A DNA stretch of 64,000 bases from Octopus vulgaris (GCA_951406725.2 OX597826.1:16554001-16618000), one strand, 5' to 3'; positions 27,202 through 41,508 are shown, counted from the stretch's first letter. Notes: generated by a model from the sequence alone, not told the origin. Numbers and translations: made by a program.

Positions 27202-29285
27202 TTTAAGTGGCCATTTTTCAGCTCAAATGCAAAACTTATATAACGAACTGTGGAGTCGACATTCAAATAAACTGTCACACAATACTTTTTATTCAAAGAA
27301 TTAAGTTTTTGTAAATGAAAATGCTTCATCATTACTTCCAAGTTAGTGCTGAATAGCATTCACCATATTGTCGATTACTTTATTTTTACAAGTCTTTTAC
27401 TTCTTTTAGATTTAGTAGCAATGCAGGTATTGTGCAATAGTATTTTATTATATATGTAATGAAATATATCTACAGATATTTAATTGTAATTTGCAGTGGG
27501 GAACTGTATAACATGAAAGGAGCGAGCGGAAGATGGAAATAAAACAGGCAAATTTTTAAGCGTTAGTGTCCTTATGAATGATATCATTTTTTAATCTCTA
27601 CAGTAAAAGTTTTATTGAAATTACGAGGAAAGCTACCGCTAATTTGTTTGAAAACAACAAACTATCAGCTATAGCTACAACGCACTCAATACTGTCCTTT
27701 AAATAGAAACTGCCCACGGAGTTGAAGAGCGCACCGGTACTACGATCTCTAGAACGCTTTATGCAGTTTCACTTTCGAAACATATAAATCATTAAATTTG
27801 AAAACATTCTTACATAAAGTAATTAGAAATCCTTTATTTTTGTTCAACTACTTCAAGCGATTTCAATATTTTACCGCTTTAACTCTAAACCACGGACCTA
27901 CAACTTAGTAGTAACATTCTGTTAACGAAGATACTTTAAATCTTCAAGACACTTTGAACTTGTTTCTCCTTTGTTCCTCCAACAAAATCTATGCCCAGAT
28001 AGCTAATCTTCCTATAAACGCCTAAGCCTTAAATATCCCCTAAAATTAGTACTAATATTTATTCCAATTATCTACAAATGTATATCGTTAAGAAGAGACA
28101 GCTATATATTTTCTATCCTGACACTACCATATATTGCACTTTTTAAGTGAATATACATTTCTCTGTGAGTGCCAAATACGCATCATATGTTTTCTATCTC
28201 GTCATCTGAGTGCTCATATAACTATATACATCTACGTGTATGAGTGACACAAGTACATGCTTAGGCGCATAAAATTTATTCGTATATACCAATATGTACA
28301 CGTGCATGTATATAAATACACATATGCATTTACTTGTGTGTATGTGCATAGCTATGTGCTTGTAATTATGTATACGCATATATTTTATAGATTCTTTTCC
28401 GTATAATCACCTAATTTATATACGATTATATGCTGCATTACTTAATTACACATACCTCCAGTTTTGTGGTTTACATAAACGTACTTGCTCTTGCAGTGAT
28501 GCACGCATAAGCCTAAAGTAATACTACATATACATCAGCATCTCAGATGGTCATTCATATGTATTTATATTTGTGTGTTCGTACTTAGTTAAACTAGGCA
28601 AATGCAAAAATTTGCAGAATTGTATCCATGGGTAATTTAAAATGTGATAATATATTAATCTCTTCTGTGAAGAAAACAAAATCTTACTGGCAAGTGTGAG
28701 CGAATCTCTAAGAAACTATAATAAGATGCAATGAGGTTAGGAATCAAATTTGCATTGAATTTTCACAACGCTAAACATCTCGCCTTAGGGCAACGCTAGA
28801 CATCTTGCAAATCAGTGGATAGTGTTATAGACATAGGAACACCGTATGTAAATATTTTACGAGACTATAAGCGTATGTAAAAACAACATATGGGCGCGTA
28901 TGTGTCTCTCATGTGATATTACTTTGTTGAAATGAGATTAACTAACTTTATTTTTGCAAGCTGAAGAGGAACAACACAGTGGTGTTTAGCTTCAAAACAG
29001 GAAAAGCTTCAGAGACATAACTACAATAGTGTTAGAAAATTTTGACTTTAGTAAAGCAGATTGCTGAGGGGAGCTTATAATTAAAGCAAGTTGATGGAAG
29101 CAACCGATACGATATAAGATCTGATTAGTGAAATTACTAACCAAAATTTTAAGCTTTACACGTATATAAAAACAGACCGTTGTATCGTGCTAGATTTGAA
29201 GAAAATTAGTGCCACTGATATAACGCATGGTGCATACATATAAAATACAAGTATGCACACACACGTACACGTACATATATATATA

Positions 29286-29528
29286 TCACGTGACCGACCA
29301 GGCTATCAGTTGTTATTACACATCGTTGGTCACAATGAGCTTTTGCATTGTTTTAGCCTTCAAGCGACGCCACCCCGCTGGCTAGGCGAGCAGGCGAACT
29401 TTTCCCTCATGATCGAAAGGGGACTAGAAGAACATGAAATGAAGAAAACAACGTGCCGCCAAGTCATGAAATTGAACCCACAATCTAGCGATCGTGAGTG
29501 CATCGGCCTAACCACTAGGTCACGCACC
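29286..29528 (-). mobile_element. SINE (head type D + tail type Y)
   Basis: Head ggtgcgtgacctagtggttagg...gggttcaatt; tail shared with 33355-33465. Confidence 0.75.
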
Positions 29529-29538
29529 TACACTTTCT

Positions 29539-29629
<91 letters not shown>

Positions 29630-30139
29630 CATCGTAATGGGTAATAGTTGGCACGGTGAACGTAGAATATTTCAATATATGGTCATAAGTAGGCTTAACT
29701 TCAACACGGAAAACACGAACAACACCGGGTCCAACAGTTGGCTGATTATACTCGAGATTGCTCTAAGCTGACCAGCCCCAAGGCAAAATAAACTAAGAAC
29801 ATTACATTCCTTGGAAGACAGCAGCGAACGTATACGTAACAAGGACAAAACAAAACAGAAATGTTACACAAATATGAATAACAGCACATAACATCAGGTG
29901 TCTTTCGACTAAAGACCAATTAAATTAAGCTGGCGTGTGTGGAAGTAAAGCCTTACGGCAGTGATCCAGGTTTTCACAAGCGCAGGAAGCAATATAGGTG
30001 TTACACTGACAGTAGTCCAACCAAGAAAGGTCAGATCAGACCTGGCCGAACACTGGTCACTTTGGGAGAGAAGAGAGAATTAGAGGCAGAGGGATAGAAG
30101 AATTAAGGAGGGGCGAAAGAACGTGCGCCGCTACTACAG

Positions 30140-31125
30140 TCCCTAGAATGGACAGAATTAATTAATAGAGAACTCATTAAACAAACTGAAACGGAAAGCT
30201 ACAAATACCTTCGCATACTAGAGTTTAACGAGAAAATGGAAAAGGAAATGACTGAGAAAACTAAGATTAATGTTGCGCTCAAAATTGACCTGATAGAATA
30301 CAATCGAAGTAGCTAATACATTGGCGATAGCAACGCTTCCGTATGGAGCTGGAATTATAAAATGACAGAAGAAAGAACTGATGAATATGGATAAGAAGAC
30401 AAGAAAGAACGTGCACGGAGAATACCACGCTATGAGTGACACCGATAGGTTGTACTTGCCCAGAAGAAAGAGTGGAAGTGGTTTGATCGGTTGCGAGAAC
30501 TGTATCGAAGCAGAGGAAATCAGCTTAGTTTGGTATGTATGTAATGCCTTGAAACCATTAAGACTGAGTGCTGTGTAAAGGAAAAAATAAAGAGGAAACG
30601 AACACACACACACAAAAAGAAACAACATGCAAGGAAAAAAAATATGTTCAGTTTGCAAGGGATACGACCTCCAAGACCGATACAGAAGACAGGTAGCTAT
30701 GGATGAGGAGGAGTGAGCTTGAGGATAGAGACAGACGAAGCTCAAGAACAAATAATAAGGACTAACGATATGAAGTGCAGAATCGACAACACTACCGACA
30801 GCGACACATGTAGAATGTGAACAACTACAACGATTTCAAGCGGAAATTACGAAGGTTGTGGTCAATGAGGAGAGTAGACGCGGTACCAATAGTAATTGGC
30901 GCACTTGAAAGTATCAGCACTCAACTAAGAACATGGCTCAAAAGGATTGGTACAAATGTAAAGAATAGAACATCTCCAAAAAATGAGCGTTGCTTGGAAC
31001 TGCAAGAATGTTTTCGCTGGGTTATCGAAGCATGACCAGTAAACAAGAGTCATCTTAGTCTACCGGCGTTGGGCTCCTGACACTATCCATCATACCCAGC
31101 AAAAGAAGCTCACAGTTTACATCAA
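30140..31125 (+). mobile_element. R4/Dong-like LINE 3' fragment
   Basis: SYKYL, HAMSDTDRLYLPRRKSGSGL (cf. HP..DVDRLY.PR..GGRGL), RRLWSM...VPIVIGAL; ends in (AAT)n. Confidence 0.85.
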
Positions 31126-31139
31126 ATAATAATAATGAT

Positions 31140-31183
<44 letters not shown>

Positions 31184-31230
31184 TAATAATAATAATAATA
31201 ATGATAATAATAATAATAATAATAATAGTA

Positions 31231-31312
<82 letters not shown>

Positions 31313-31316
31313 TAAC
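31125..31316. repeat. (AAT)n microsatellite
   Basis: Direct inspection. Confidence 0.95.
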
Positions 31317-31362
31317 AGTCCCTTCTACTAGGGCTAGGCGATTACATCAATCTCCAGAGCGT

Positions 31363-31495
31363 AGCTGGTACTTATTTCATTGACCCCGAAATGATGAAAG
31401 GCAATGTTGACCACGACGGAATTTAAACACGGAATGTAAGGACGGACGAGATGCCGCTGAGCATTTTGTCCGGCATGCTAACGATTCTGCCAACT
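31363..31495 (-). mobile_element. SINE family B fragment
   Basis: Reverse complement of the 5' part of 57793-58017. Confidence 0.85.
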
Positions 31496-32062
31496 TGCAT
31501 AAAAGCGGGATCGGACAGGAAAGAAAATAGAATTATAAGGTTATATACAAGATTATTACCAGTTCAATATTAACTCGCAGTACGTCCTCTCCAGATTCTG
31601 TGAATAAAGAGATAACCACTCCGAAGTGCTCGCCTCAAACAATTTGATTCTGAGATGCGCTAAGCTGATTTTCTTTGCTTTTACACTGTGTATCTGCAGC
31701 AAAGAAATTTCGGCACGACAAAACACGGAAAGTGAGTGTAAAAGGTTCTATGTTATGAAATACCGGCATCTTCCCCGACATGATTATCCTATGTGTCTTC
31801 CTTCTTTTTATGTAATAAAATGTGAATATGTATTTATAGCAGTTCATGCAACTACGTAAAAACTGCGTCGATGGCTTGATGTTGCCACTGATATTTAAGA
31901 TGTATATTTGCTATTTCTCTTCGGTTCTGCACTTAATGTCTTCTCTGTAACAACGCAAGATATCCGGCTCTATGTACACTGCATTTTTCTTTATCTTCAG
32001 CAGAGAAAAGTTTTTCTTGAGATTGATCATATTGCAACTCGAAAGAAATGTCGATATTAACG

Positions 32063-32073
32063 TTTTCTTTTTT

Positions 32074-32105
<32 letters not shown>

Positions 32106-32148
32106 TCATTCTTTCTTTCTTTTTCTTTCTTTCTTTCTTTCTTTCTTT

Positions 32149-32179
<31 letters not shown>
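32063..32179. repeat. (TTTC)n microsatellite
   Basis: Direct inspection. Confidence 0.95.
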
Positions 32180-32546
32180 GCAAACTATATTATGCGATCA
32201 TATGTCGTGAGAAAGCATTCAAGTTCTTGTTTTCTGATTTTATTCTGGAAAGAAATTGCTTCAGCATTTGGTATTGTTATTCTGATTGTTATAAATATAT
32301 CTACGGAGTATCATTATTCATGAGTGTGCACTGAATACACCATGTGGTTAGCAATCTCGGCATCTAATTTGGGTTAAGTAAATCTCAGGAGATATGAATG
32401 AACAAAAATATTCAAATGAGTCTTTATGATATAGCTAATAAGAATTCGGTTATTTAAAAGTGAAAGCATACTCGATATTAAAAAAGAACAATACATCAGA
32501 CTCTGAACAAAATTATATATATGTATGTATGAATCTATTAATGATG

Positions 32547-32582
<36 letters not shown>

Positions 32583-32683
32583 TGTGTGCGTGTGTGTGTG
32601 TTTTATATATGTGTGTATATAAGCATATAGATAGATATAGATATATATGTGCAATGCCTGCATGTATTTATATTTATACATAA

Positions 32684-32725
<42 letters not shown>

Positions 32726-32734
32726 CGCACCCCC

Positions 32735-32765
<31 letters not shown>

Positions 32766-33230
32766 GTGTGTTTGTGTGTGTATGAGTATGTATGTATGTA
32801 TATATACACACGAGTGAATGGACAAACGAAAGAAAGTCGCTCTCAATACAGTTGACATGAGTTATATGTATCATTTAGTTAGTCTGACACGACTCCATAC
32901 AGCATCCCCCTTCTATACACACAGTTCAGTTTAGTACCAACACATCTGATTATGCCCACACGGAAAAGATGTCGTTCTATACTGTTGGCTCTATATTAAC
33001 CGACAACGATAGTTCGCCCTACTATGTCCAAGAAGTAAACCGAACTGGAAGTAAACCAGAGTCCATCAATAGAGGCTTAACATCAATAATCTTCAATTTG
33101 TTTCAGTTCCTGTTACTTGCTCTCCAAATACCTAACTAGCTACATTCGTTGAAGGAGCCTACCAAGCTTTAAGTTACACGGTGCGGTCTCAAACTATTAT
33201 TAAATTATATACATGCATATCTGTCTGTCG

Positions 33231-33624
<394 letters not shown>

Positions 33625-33732
33625 ACACACACTTATATATATATATAAAGAGAGAGAGAGGGAGGGAGAGAGAATATGAGGTGTTGTATATATATATATA
33701 TATATGTTTGTATTTACGTACTATTTTGTCAT

Positions 33733-33790
33733 ATTCCACTGACGAGGCAAAGCATTTCTTATGCAAAGCCAGAAATCTGGCATCTGGAAT
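33733..33790 (+). ncRNA. Type I hammerhead ribozyme-like motif with canonical core
   Basis: attcca-CTGACGA-ggc aaa gcat[ttctt]atgc aaa gcc-a-GAAA-tctggca-TC-tggaat. Perfect 6-bp stem I, bipartite stem II, AUC triplet. Confidence 0.7.
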
Positions 33791-33997
33791 TATCGAATAA
33801 TTTTTTGCTAGTTTGTTTTGTCTCTTTGTCTACTCACCTGATGATGTAGGAATATTTTATGTGGTTTTAGAGTCAATTTTCGACTGCTATATGGTATCTT
33901 TCGTGATGGTATCTTTCAGATACCCTTAATTATAATTTAAAAAATAATTATATGTGTGTGTGTTTGTGTGTGTGTATGTGCGTGTATCTATGTATAA

Positions 33998-34370
33998 GCG
34001 CAGGCGTAGCTGTGTGGTAAGTAGCCTGCTTTATCTCGAACCCACCAAAGCCTTGTGAGCGAATTTGGTAGAAGGAAACTGAAAGAGGCCCCACGTATAT
34101 ATACATACACACACAAGTGTGCGTTTGTGTGTGTATGTGAGTGTGTGTGGGAGTGTATTATGTGTGTGTGTGTGTCTGTCTGTCTGTGTCTGTGTCTGTA
34201 TTTTCTATTTGTCCCTCTATCATCGTTTGATAACAGATGATGGTGTGTCTACATCTCCGTAGGCTAGCGGTGCGGCAAAACTATTCAAAGAGTAAGTCCG
34301 GGGATCGAGTTTTTCGACTAAAGGTGTACTCAGGCATGGCCGCAATCAAATGGCCAAAGCAAGTAAAAGT
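33998..34370 (+). mobile_element. SINE family A copy, internally deleted
   Basis: Head and tail match 35468-35886. Confidence 0.85.
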
Positions 34371-34400
34371 ATAAAAATATAAACGAATACACACATATAC

Positions 34401-34454
<54 letters not shown>

Positions 34455-34494
34455 GTATGTTTGTATGTATGCAAGTATGTTTGTATGAAATGAT

Positions 34495-34965
34495 ATCATC
34501 AACAGTATCGTAGGAAAATTCTTGGGGTAAATTGGCAGAAGTGATATGAGAGTGGAATCGATGGATCTGCAAAGTCCTTTGCGGTAGGGTGGACATCTGG
34601 TGAGAATGAATGATGAAAGACTTCCTGAACAACTTTTATAGTGAGCTGGAAGATGGTAGGAAACGAGCATAGCACACACATCCAGAATGAATTTCAAGGA
34701 TTGACACAGGATTGCTCTGTCACAGTTAGGAGCTTCAATTGTTGTTTGGGAGAGGAGGGCACAATACCGAAATGGATGAAGAAATAGAGTGCACAGTGAT
34801 TTTTCGAAGTTTGTAATAGATAGAATGAAGCACAAGAAGGTCAGGTGAAGGCTTATAAAGAATGAACTTGTGAAAAATAAGGGAGTGCAGCTTCTTATGT
34901 GTGCGACTTGTGGAAGGAAATGTTTGAATGATGCAGGCCTAGTCCGCCATCGGAGAAGTCATAGG
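34495..34965 (+). mobile_element. RTE-clade LINE 3' fragment
   Basis: LR*GGHLVRMNDERLPEQLL*ELEDGR (cf. LRWAGHV.RM...RLPKQLLYGEL..G.R) and terminal C2H2 CATCGRKC....GLVRHRRSH. Confidence 0.8.
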
Positions 34966-35096
34966 AATCAACTCCCTGTACATTGTGATACGGCTTATGT
35001 TCACAACAGAAAATGTACAACTGATTGCATCACTTGAAATAATTAAAAACGTAAGTAATCTCATAGTGCTACAATTGAAATCACAGAAACGTTGCA

Positions 35097-35409
35097 GATA
35101 TATTCTGAAAAGCAAATGTTACCCGGGAATTGAAGGGCTCAGAGAAATATGTGTAAAATAGTCCAATCGGAAGAGTGCCGTCTTCTCTCAGGTCAATACA
35201 ACATCTCATGCTTCCTTGCAAATCCAGCAAAAGACGGTACACCTTGGCTGAGATGTTCTACTTCACTCATTGTACTCATATCTCCTTCCGCTGATATATT
35301 CTGAAAAGCAAATGTTACCTGAGAATTCAAGGACACAGAGAAATAAGACCAGTTGATGTAAAATAGTCCAATCGGAAGAGTGCCGTCTTCTCTCAGGTCA
35401 ATACAACAT
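35097..35409 (+). repeat. Local direct duplication of about 110 bp
   Basis: 35097-35204 is similar to 35293-35409. Confidence 0.9.
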
Positions 35410-35467
35410 TTGTTTTTGAATTTGAAAGTTACTAAAAAAAACATCACTTCTGCCAATTTACCTCCAT

Positions 35468-35886
35468 AGGCGCATAAGTGGCTGTGTGGTAAGTAGCTTG
35501 CTAACCAACCACATGGTTCCGGGTTCAGTCCCACTGCGTGGCATCTTGGGCAAGTGTCTTCTGCTATAGCCCTGGGCCGACCAATGCCTTGTGAGTGGAT
35601 TTGGTAGACGGAAACTGAAAGAAGCCTTCGTATATATGTATGTATATATATATATGTGTGTGTATGTGTTTGTGTGTCTGTGCTTGTCCCCCTAGCATTG
35701 CTTGACAACCGATGATGGTGTGTTTACGTCCCCGTTACTTAGCGGTTCGGCAAAAGAGACTGATAGAATAAGTACTGGGCTTACAAAGAATAAGTCCCGG
35801 GGTCGATTTGCTCGACTAAAAGGTGGTGCTCCAGCATGGCCGCAGTCAAATGACTGAAACAAGTAAAAGAGTCAAGAGTAAAGAGT
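35468..35886 (+). mobile_element. SINE family A, most complete copy (tRNA-derived, CORE-like)
   Basis: Head tggctgtgtggtaagtagc...gggttcagtccc, CORE-like catcttgggcaagtgtctt, internal microsatellite, tail ...aaatgactgaaacaagtaaaagag; at least 7 copies in the window. Confidence 0.92.
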
Positions 35887-35946
35887 ATTATTTTCCGACT
35901 CAATATTTATGTATTTCTTGTAAATTCATTCAGCCTCTTCCTTCCT

Positions 35947-36141
35947 GCCATTTCATCATGCTGAACCGCTAAATTCCACCAAGTTTTTCTCTCTCCGTAT
36001 TGTTTTCAATGTCTCACCGTTTTTTGCTTTTTAATCCTTTCTGTCGAAGAACGTAGGTTCGAAACGTAAAAGACTTTTCCATTTTCCCGTACGTTAAACT
36101 AATGCACCTGCTTTTTGTTTCTACACCTGTCTTTTCTTTTC
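35947..36141 (+). mobile_element. Short non-autonomous repeat carrying a hammerhead-like motif (36037-36072)
   Basis: cttt-CTGTCGA-a-gaac[gtag]gttc-GAAA-cg-TA-aaag; homologous to 21834-22026. Confidence 0.62.
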
Positions 36142-36190
36142 TGGCGTGAGTGTGTGTGTGTACTTGAGTGTCTGCATGTTTCGTATTTCT

Positions 36191-36574
36191 TATTTCTTTA
36201 CTACCCACAAGGGCCTAAACATAGAGGGGGCAAACAAGGACAGACAAAGGGATTAAGTCGATTACATCGACGTCAGTGCGTAACTGGTACTTAATGTATA
36301 AATCCCGGAAGGATATCAAAAAAAGTCGTCCTCGGCGGAATTTTGAACTTAGAACGTAGAGACAGACGAAATACCTATTTCTTTACTACCCACAGAGAGG
36401 ACAAACAAGGACAGACAAACGGATTAAATTGATTATATCGACCCTAGTGCGTAACTGGTACTTATTTAATCGACCCCGAAAGGATGAAAGGAAAAGTCGA
36501 CCTTGGCAGAATTTGAACTCAGAACGTAGCAGCAGACGAAATACTGCTAAGCATTTCTCCCGGCGTGCTAACGA
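36191..36574 (-). mobile_element. Two tandem SINE family B copies
   Basis: 36191-36375 and 36376-36574 both match the reverse complement of 57793-58017. Confidence 0.9.
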
Positions 36575-39025
36575 GTGTGTGCATGTTTCGTTGTGGTGCA
36601 ACTGGCAGTCGACACTTCCGATTCATTATCACTGCAATCTACACAACTAGGACTTTGGCTTGGCCTCCAAAATGATATCTCATGCATTTTCTTTCAAGAG
36701 AGAACAATAAATCTTTACAATATTTTTGCCCGTTACGATCGAATTTCTTGCAATTAATTTAAGTAACTTATGTTTCTTTAACATCTCTATCACAGTTCAC
36801 TCCTGTTCTCGCAGTACTTTACACTGAGCATTCCATATAAAAATTCAAACCATTTGCGAACACATACGTATATTAACTATTCTCCTCCCTCTTTCACAAA
36901 AAATAAAATTCGATACTTATACACATGCGCACACATAAATCTACATAACTCGCACCTAATCTGTCGCCCACATGCAGCCTACAAAGCTACGCAATCTCTA
37001 AAGCATGCTACTATGCTAAACTCTTATTACTTTCCTCATCTCCAAATAAATTATAGATATTTAATTATACTAACATAGCTGAATGCTCTTCATATCCTCT
37101 TTCATTCATCTCAACAAATAGTTTGTGATAACAAATTTCTTCACAGAGTCAATCTCTATCCCTTTATTGCTTTCTTTTTCTCTCTCCTCGCTCTCTCTCT
37201 CCCTCTTTCTCTCTCTCTCCCTCTCTCTCGCTGTCTCTCTTTCTTTCTTACTCTCTTTCCTTGTGTTTCTGTATCCCATTTTCTTTCTGCAGAAAAACAA
37301 GACTATATATATACATACGTACAGAGGGTAGAATAAATTCACTTTTGAAATTGGAGAATTGTAAACAAATTTCTGAATTCATAGATATAGCAATCCTGAA
37401 TCAACCAAGTTTGTTTCATTGAAAAATGAGTTGATGCTTATATTCCAATATTCAATTATTACTTCATAGCATATTCTCCAAGAATATAGAATAAAGAGAT
37501 TTTATTTTTCTACTCCTTGGAGAAATGTATACGAAGTGTGTTATCCAAAGCAAAAACTATTTAGACACATATTTTCCAATTAATAAATAGTTTCACGTAT
37601 TCCATTGATGATTCACATATGTAAAGGCTTGTCTGATGCAACGTTTACCAACTGAAACAAATTTTACGACTAATTATGTAAATCCCCAGAGGAAATTTTC
37701 AATGCCTTACTCGTAATGATTTTCATTCTTTTCTGTCGATCACTACTCTTATCAATCCAAGAAGAGCACTTATAAAAGAAATTCCAAATTCTTTAAAGTA
37801 CAGAGGACAATGTCAAAGCCAGAGGTACGAAAGAAAATTACATTACTCGATGAAGTATTTTTCTTCTGATAATCAACTAGCGCACTCTAACAAGATTTCA
37901 ATGTGATGTAAGTTATATTTTTTCGATCCAGTTTTTTTCCTTCATTAGATGTATGTCTTACTAAAATAGATATTACCAGAAAATATTAACTCCTGCATAT
38001 CCCAAACATATTTTATTGAATACTACATTTATTTAAATACATAGACGTGTGCGTTTCTCTGTATCTGTGTATGTGTGCGTGTATGTATGTGTGTCTATGT
38101 GTGTGTGTGTGTGTGATTTTCATGAGAGTGAGCAAACCGAAAGTTCGATGTCAATGGCGACCTTTTCCTTGTAAAAGTTAATAAAATGGTACGCTATCGA
38201 AGGGCAATGAGTAATCGGTGCGCATAATAATACTCTCAATAAATAGGGAATACGTAAGTAAATGATTCAGTGTACGGCACTCTGTGAGGGTGAAAGAACT
38301 TCATATTAAATTCTTGATATTAAATTTTAAAGAATATAAACGTAATTACTTGGTAGACATTAAACGAGGTCATATCAATGCTATTGAAATACACTAGAAG
38401 AACTAGTGTGGTGAACTTCGATGCAATTAATTATTAATTTAAGTTATCTACTATTCTTAATTTCTGTGAAAACAGTTATACTGTAAGAAATTGTTTTGAT
38501 AATTTACACAAACATAGAGATTAATCCACACAATTTAATTTTTCCCCTTCTGTACAGGAGAGCTCTTTAATGAAAAATACTACAATTGTTCATTGATATG
38601 GAACCATAATATATTTGGACATTGTATATAGTTGAAAATGATTTCACTCTTTCAAAGAATATTTTCGGTAATGTTTAACGGTTCAATGTTTTCGATGTTG
38701 CTATGGACTGATTTGGAAGACTGGAACTGAAAAGGATTATTTGCTTTGGGCAGGTTGCAACCAAATTTAATTTTGTAGAAACAGGGGCGAGAGTCTAAAT
38801 TGACCGTTGAGAAAAAACACACCAATAAAACAGACGTAGAAGAGATTGAATAAACACTTTTTCATGTGTGTGTAAGTGTGTGTGCATAAATACATATATA
38901 TGTGTGTCTGTTTATGCGGGTGTGTGTGTGCCTGCGTGTGTGTGTGTGTGTGTGTGTATACATATGTGTGTATATATATATATGTGTGTATACACGCACA
39001 CACACACGCACACACAGACACACAC

Positions 39026-39088
<63 letters not shown>

Positions 39089-39107
39089 CACACACACATA
39101 TATAACT

Positions 39108-39944
39108 TCCAGAGATCCCTGACGTGGCAGTGCTACCCGTTCGGGATAAGCTCTACAGACACGGCTCCCGAAAGACGGGGCCGACCTGCCCGAGATGCGG
39201 TCTGAGCGACGAAAAAGCTCTGCACGCACTCGTGCAGTGTCCAACAATTTCTGACCTGTGGGGTTATTCGAACGACTGCTGTGACGTGTGGGACGAATCG
39301 GTTTATCAGCCGAGTCTATCGTCAATATTGTTACGCTTCCTTCCTTCAAACGGGAAGGATGAGCTATTTTCATCATTCTTGCGGCTATGGCGAAAGAATG
39401 TATCTGGTGGACGCGTCTGAAAGGATTGGAGACAAACACTTTCCTCTCTAGTCAATCTCTCATCAACTTCTTCAAGTATCACTTGAAAAGGAAAGTGAGA
39501 GTAGAAAGGCAAGTTTTGTCTCGCGAATGTTTTAAAAAAAGATGGGTGAATGTAGCAAGGATGGCACGTATGAATGACGAAGCCACCTTGAGCATAATCC
39601 AATGAACCCGAAAAATTTAAAACAGAGGGTTACCTACTTGCAAACAAATGTGTTAACATGTGACACTATTGACCTAGGTTACCGTGGTCTTTTCTGTAGG
39701 CTTTTCTTTCCACGGATAAACCCTATCTGCTTCCCCCTTTACACTTTACATCATGGCATTTCTGTGATACACGATCCGTATTAATCGGTTTTTCTTTTTC
39801 TTTTCTCTTTTTTTCCTTTTTTTCTTTCCCTTTTACGATCCCCTTTGATCGAAAACCTACCCCATTTTTTTCTCCACATAAAGAAAAGCTCTACTTTGTA
39901 ATCTGTACCGTCTGTGTGCAGTCCTGTGTGGCTAATAAAGAAAC
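39108..39944 (+). mobile_element. Tx1/L1-group LINE 3' end
   Basis: zf-RVT-like LPVRDKLYRHG...CPRCG..DE..LHALVQCP; pyrimidine-rich 3' UTR ending aataaagaaac; flanked by (TA)/(CA) repeats. Confidence 0.82.
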
Positions 39945-41508
39945 ACATATATATATATATGTACATATATATTACAATTAGGAGTTGGGATAACAATTAA
40001 GAGTTGTTTGCAATGATCTGCATATTTTTTATTTATTCAAAAATCTGGCACGTCCTTGTGTAGCTTCATAGTTTTCTCAGATAGAGACGGGCACCAAAAG
40101 TCCATGAGGTGCAGGCTTCGTAGGTTTTTGTTCATATCTACTATGGTATTATCCCTCTGATAAGCAATAAATATAGAGGGTTTTCATTAGTTAATTTAAA
40201 CAATATTTTTTTTGTCAATTAATTTTAAAAAATCAAGAGTTATTGGATTGAAGATGTAATTGTTTATATATTTTTGCTGCAGTTACACATAGGGGAACAC
40301 TTAGATACTTAATAATATACATACATATTCTTGTTATATGTTGTGGTGACGAGGGACTCTCTTAGACATGAATAGGTTTCGATTGGTATGTATTTCAGAT
40401 GTAATGGAATAAATTCCGATGGTTGCGGATTATATCGTCCGCAAGAGTGTTTTTGTTGTTTTTTTAATTGTAATTGATGTATGATGGAATAGTTAACGCT
40501 AACGTTCATAATATAGATATTTGAATTAATTGTCACAGCCCAGCCGTCATTTCCCACAGAATTTCGTCCATCTTTAAAACACGACCCTGAAATGATTTAC
40601 ATATTATTTATATATATTGTGTATATATATCAGAAAATGTATATAAATCGAAACAATTTGTCGGCCTTTAAGTTATTTTTTAAATAATTTTTTTCATGTC
40701 ATATTATAAAATATATTATATTCATAGTATATCCTGTAATATTATAATATAAATAAATTATTGAATTGTCAATAGTATCTCTCTATTCAATGTATCTAGC
40801 GATGCATTGAATATTTATAATCTCCATCCTACAATTATTGTTATTATTATCATTTTTATCCTACATTATAACGGTATGGCCATGATGCAACCGCAAAACT
40901 CTGACTCACTACGCAGTGTCATTAGATGGTAGACAGCATGATGAAATAGGAACTGTACTTGCATACACTAAACACTACCATAAACAAATTTAAAAGATAT
41001 ATATATATAAGTATGCATGTATGTATGCATGTATGTATTTATATATGCATGCATGTATGTATTTCTGTATGAATATGCATATTCAAATAGATCCGTTTAT
41101 GCATACATTTTCCATGTATGCCTGTGTATGCGCACTTGTATGTGCATATCTATCTCTCTAACATGTTCTTATTTGCCTGTGTAATGCGTGTGGGGATGTA
41201 TTCACCACCGATTACAACATTCGCTTTGTGCCAAACGGTAAAATAACCGATTTCTAAAACATACTGTGATTAAACAAGAATAAGAATTAAATAATTAACA
41301 GAGTCTTTATGATTAACTAAAATGTATGCAAGCGCACTACTACATTGATACAACCCATTGGTTAAAACCTATAACTGGACATAAAATGGGTACGGTGAAC
41401 TAGTACCTAGACTTGTGCATAAAAGGAAGTAACTCCACTTTTTATGTCATCGCTATCAGATACAGACTCCCTCTCTCAGTCACATCTTCATGCACTCGTA
41501 CTCCTTTT

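Noticed and set aside
28955-29015. CTGAAGA followed by a hairpin
   Set aside because: No GAAA...UH with a paired stem I. CTGATGA at 25011 and 33838 fail the same way.
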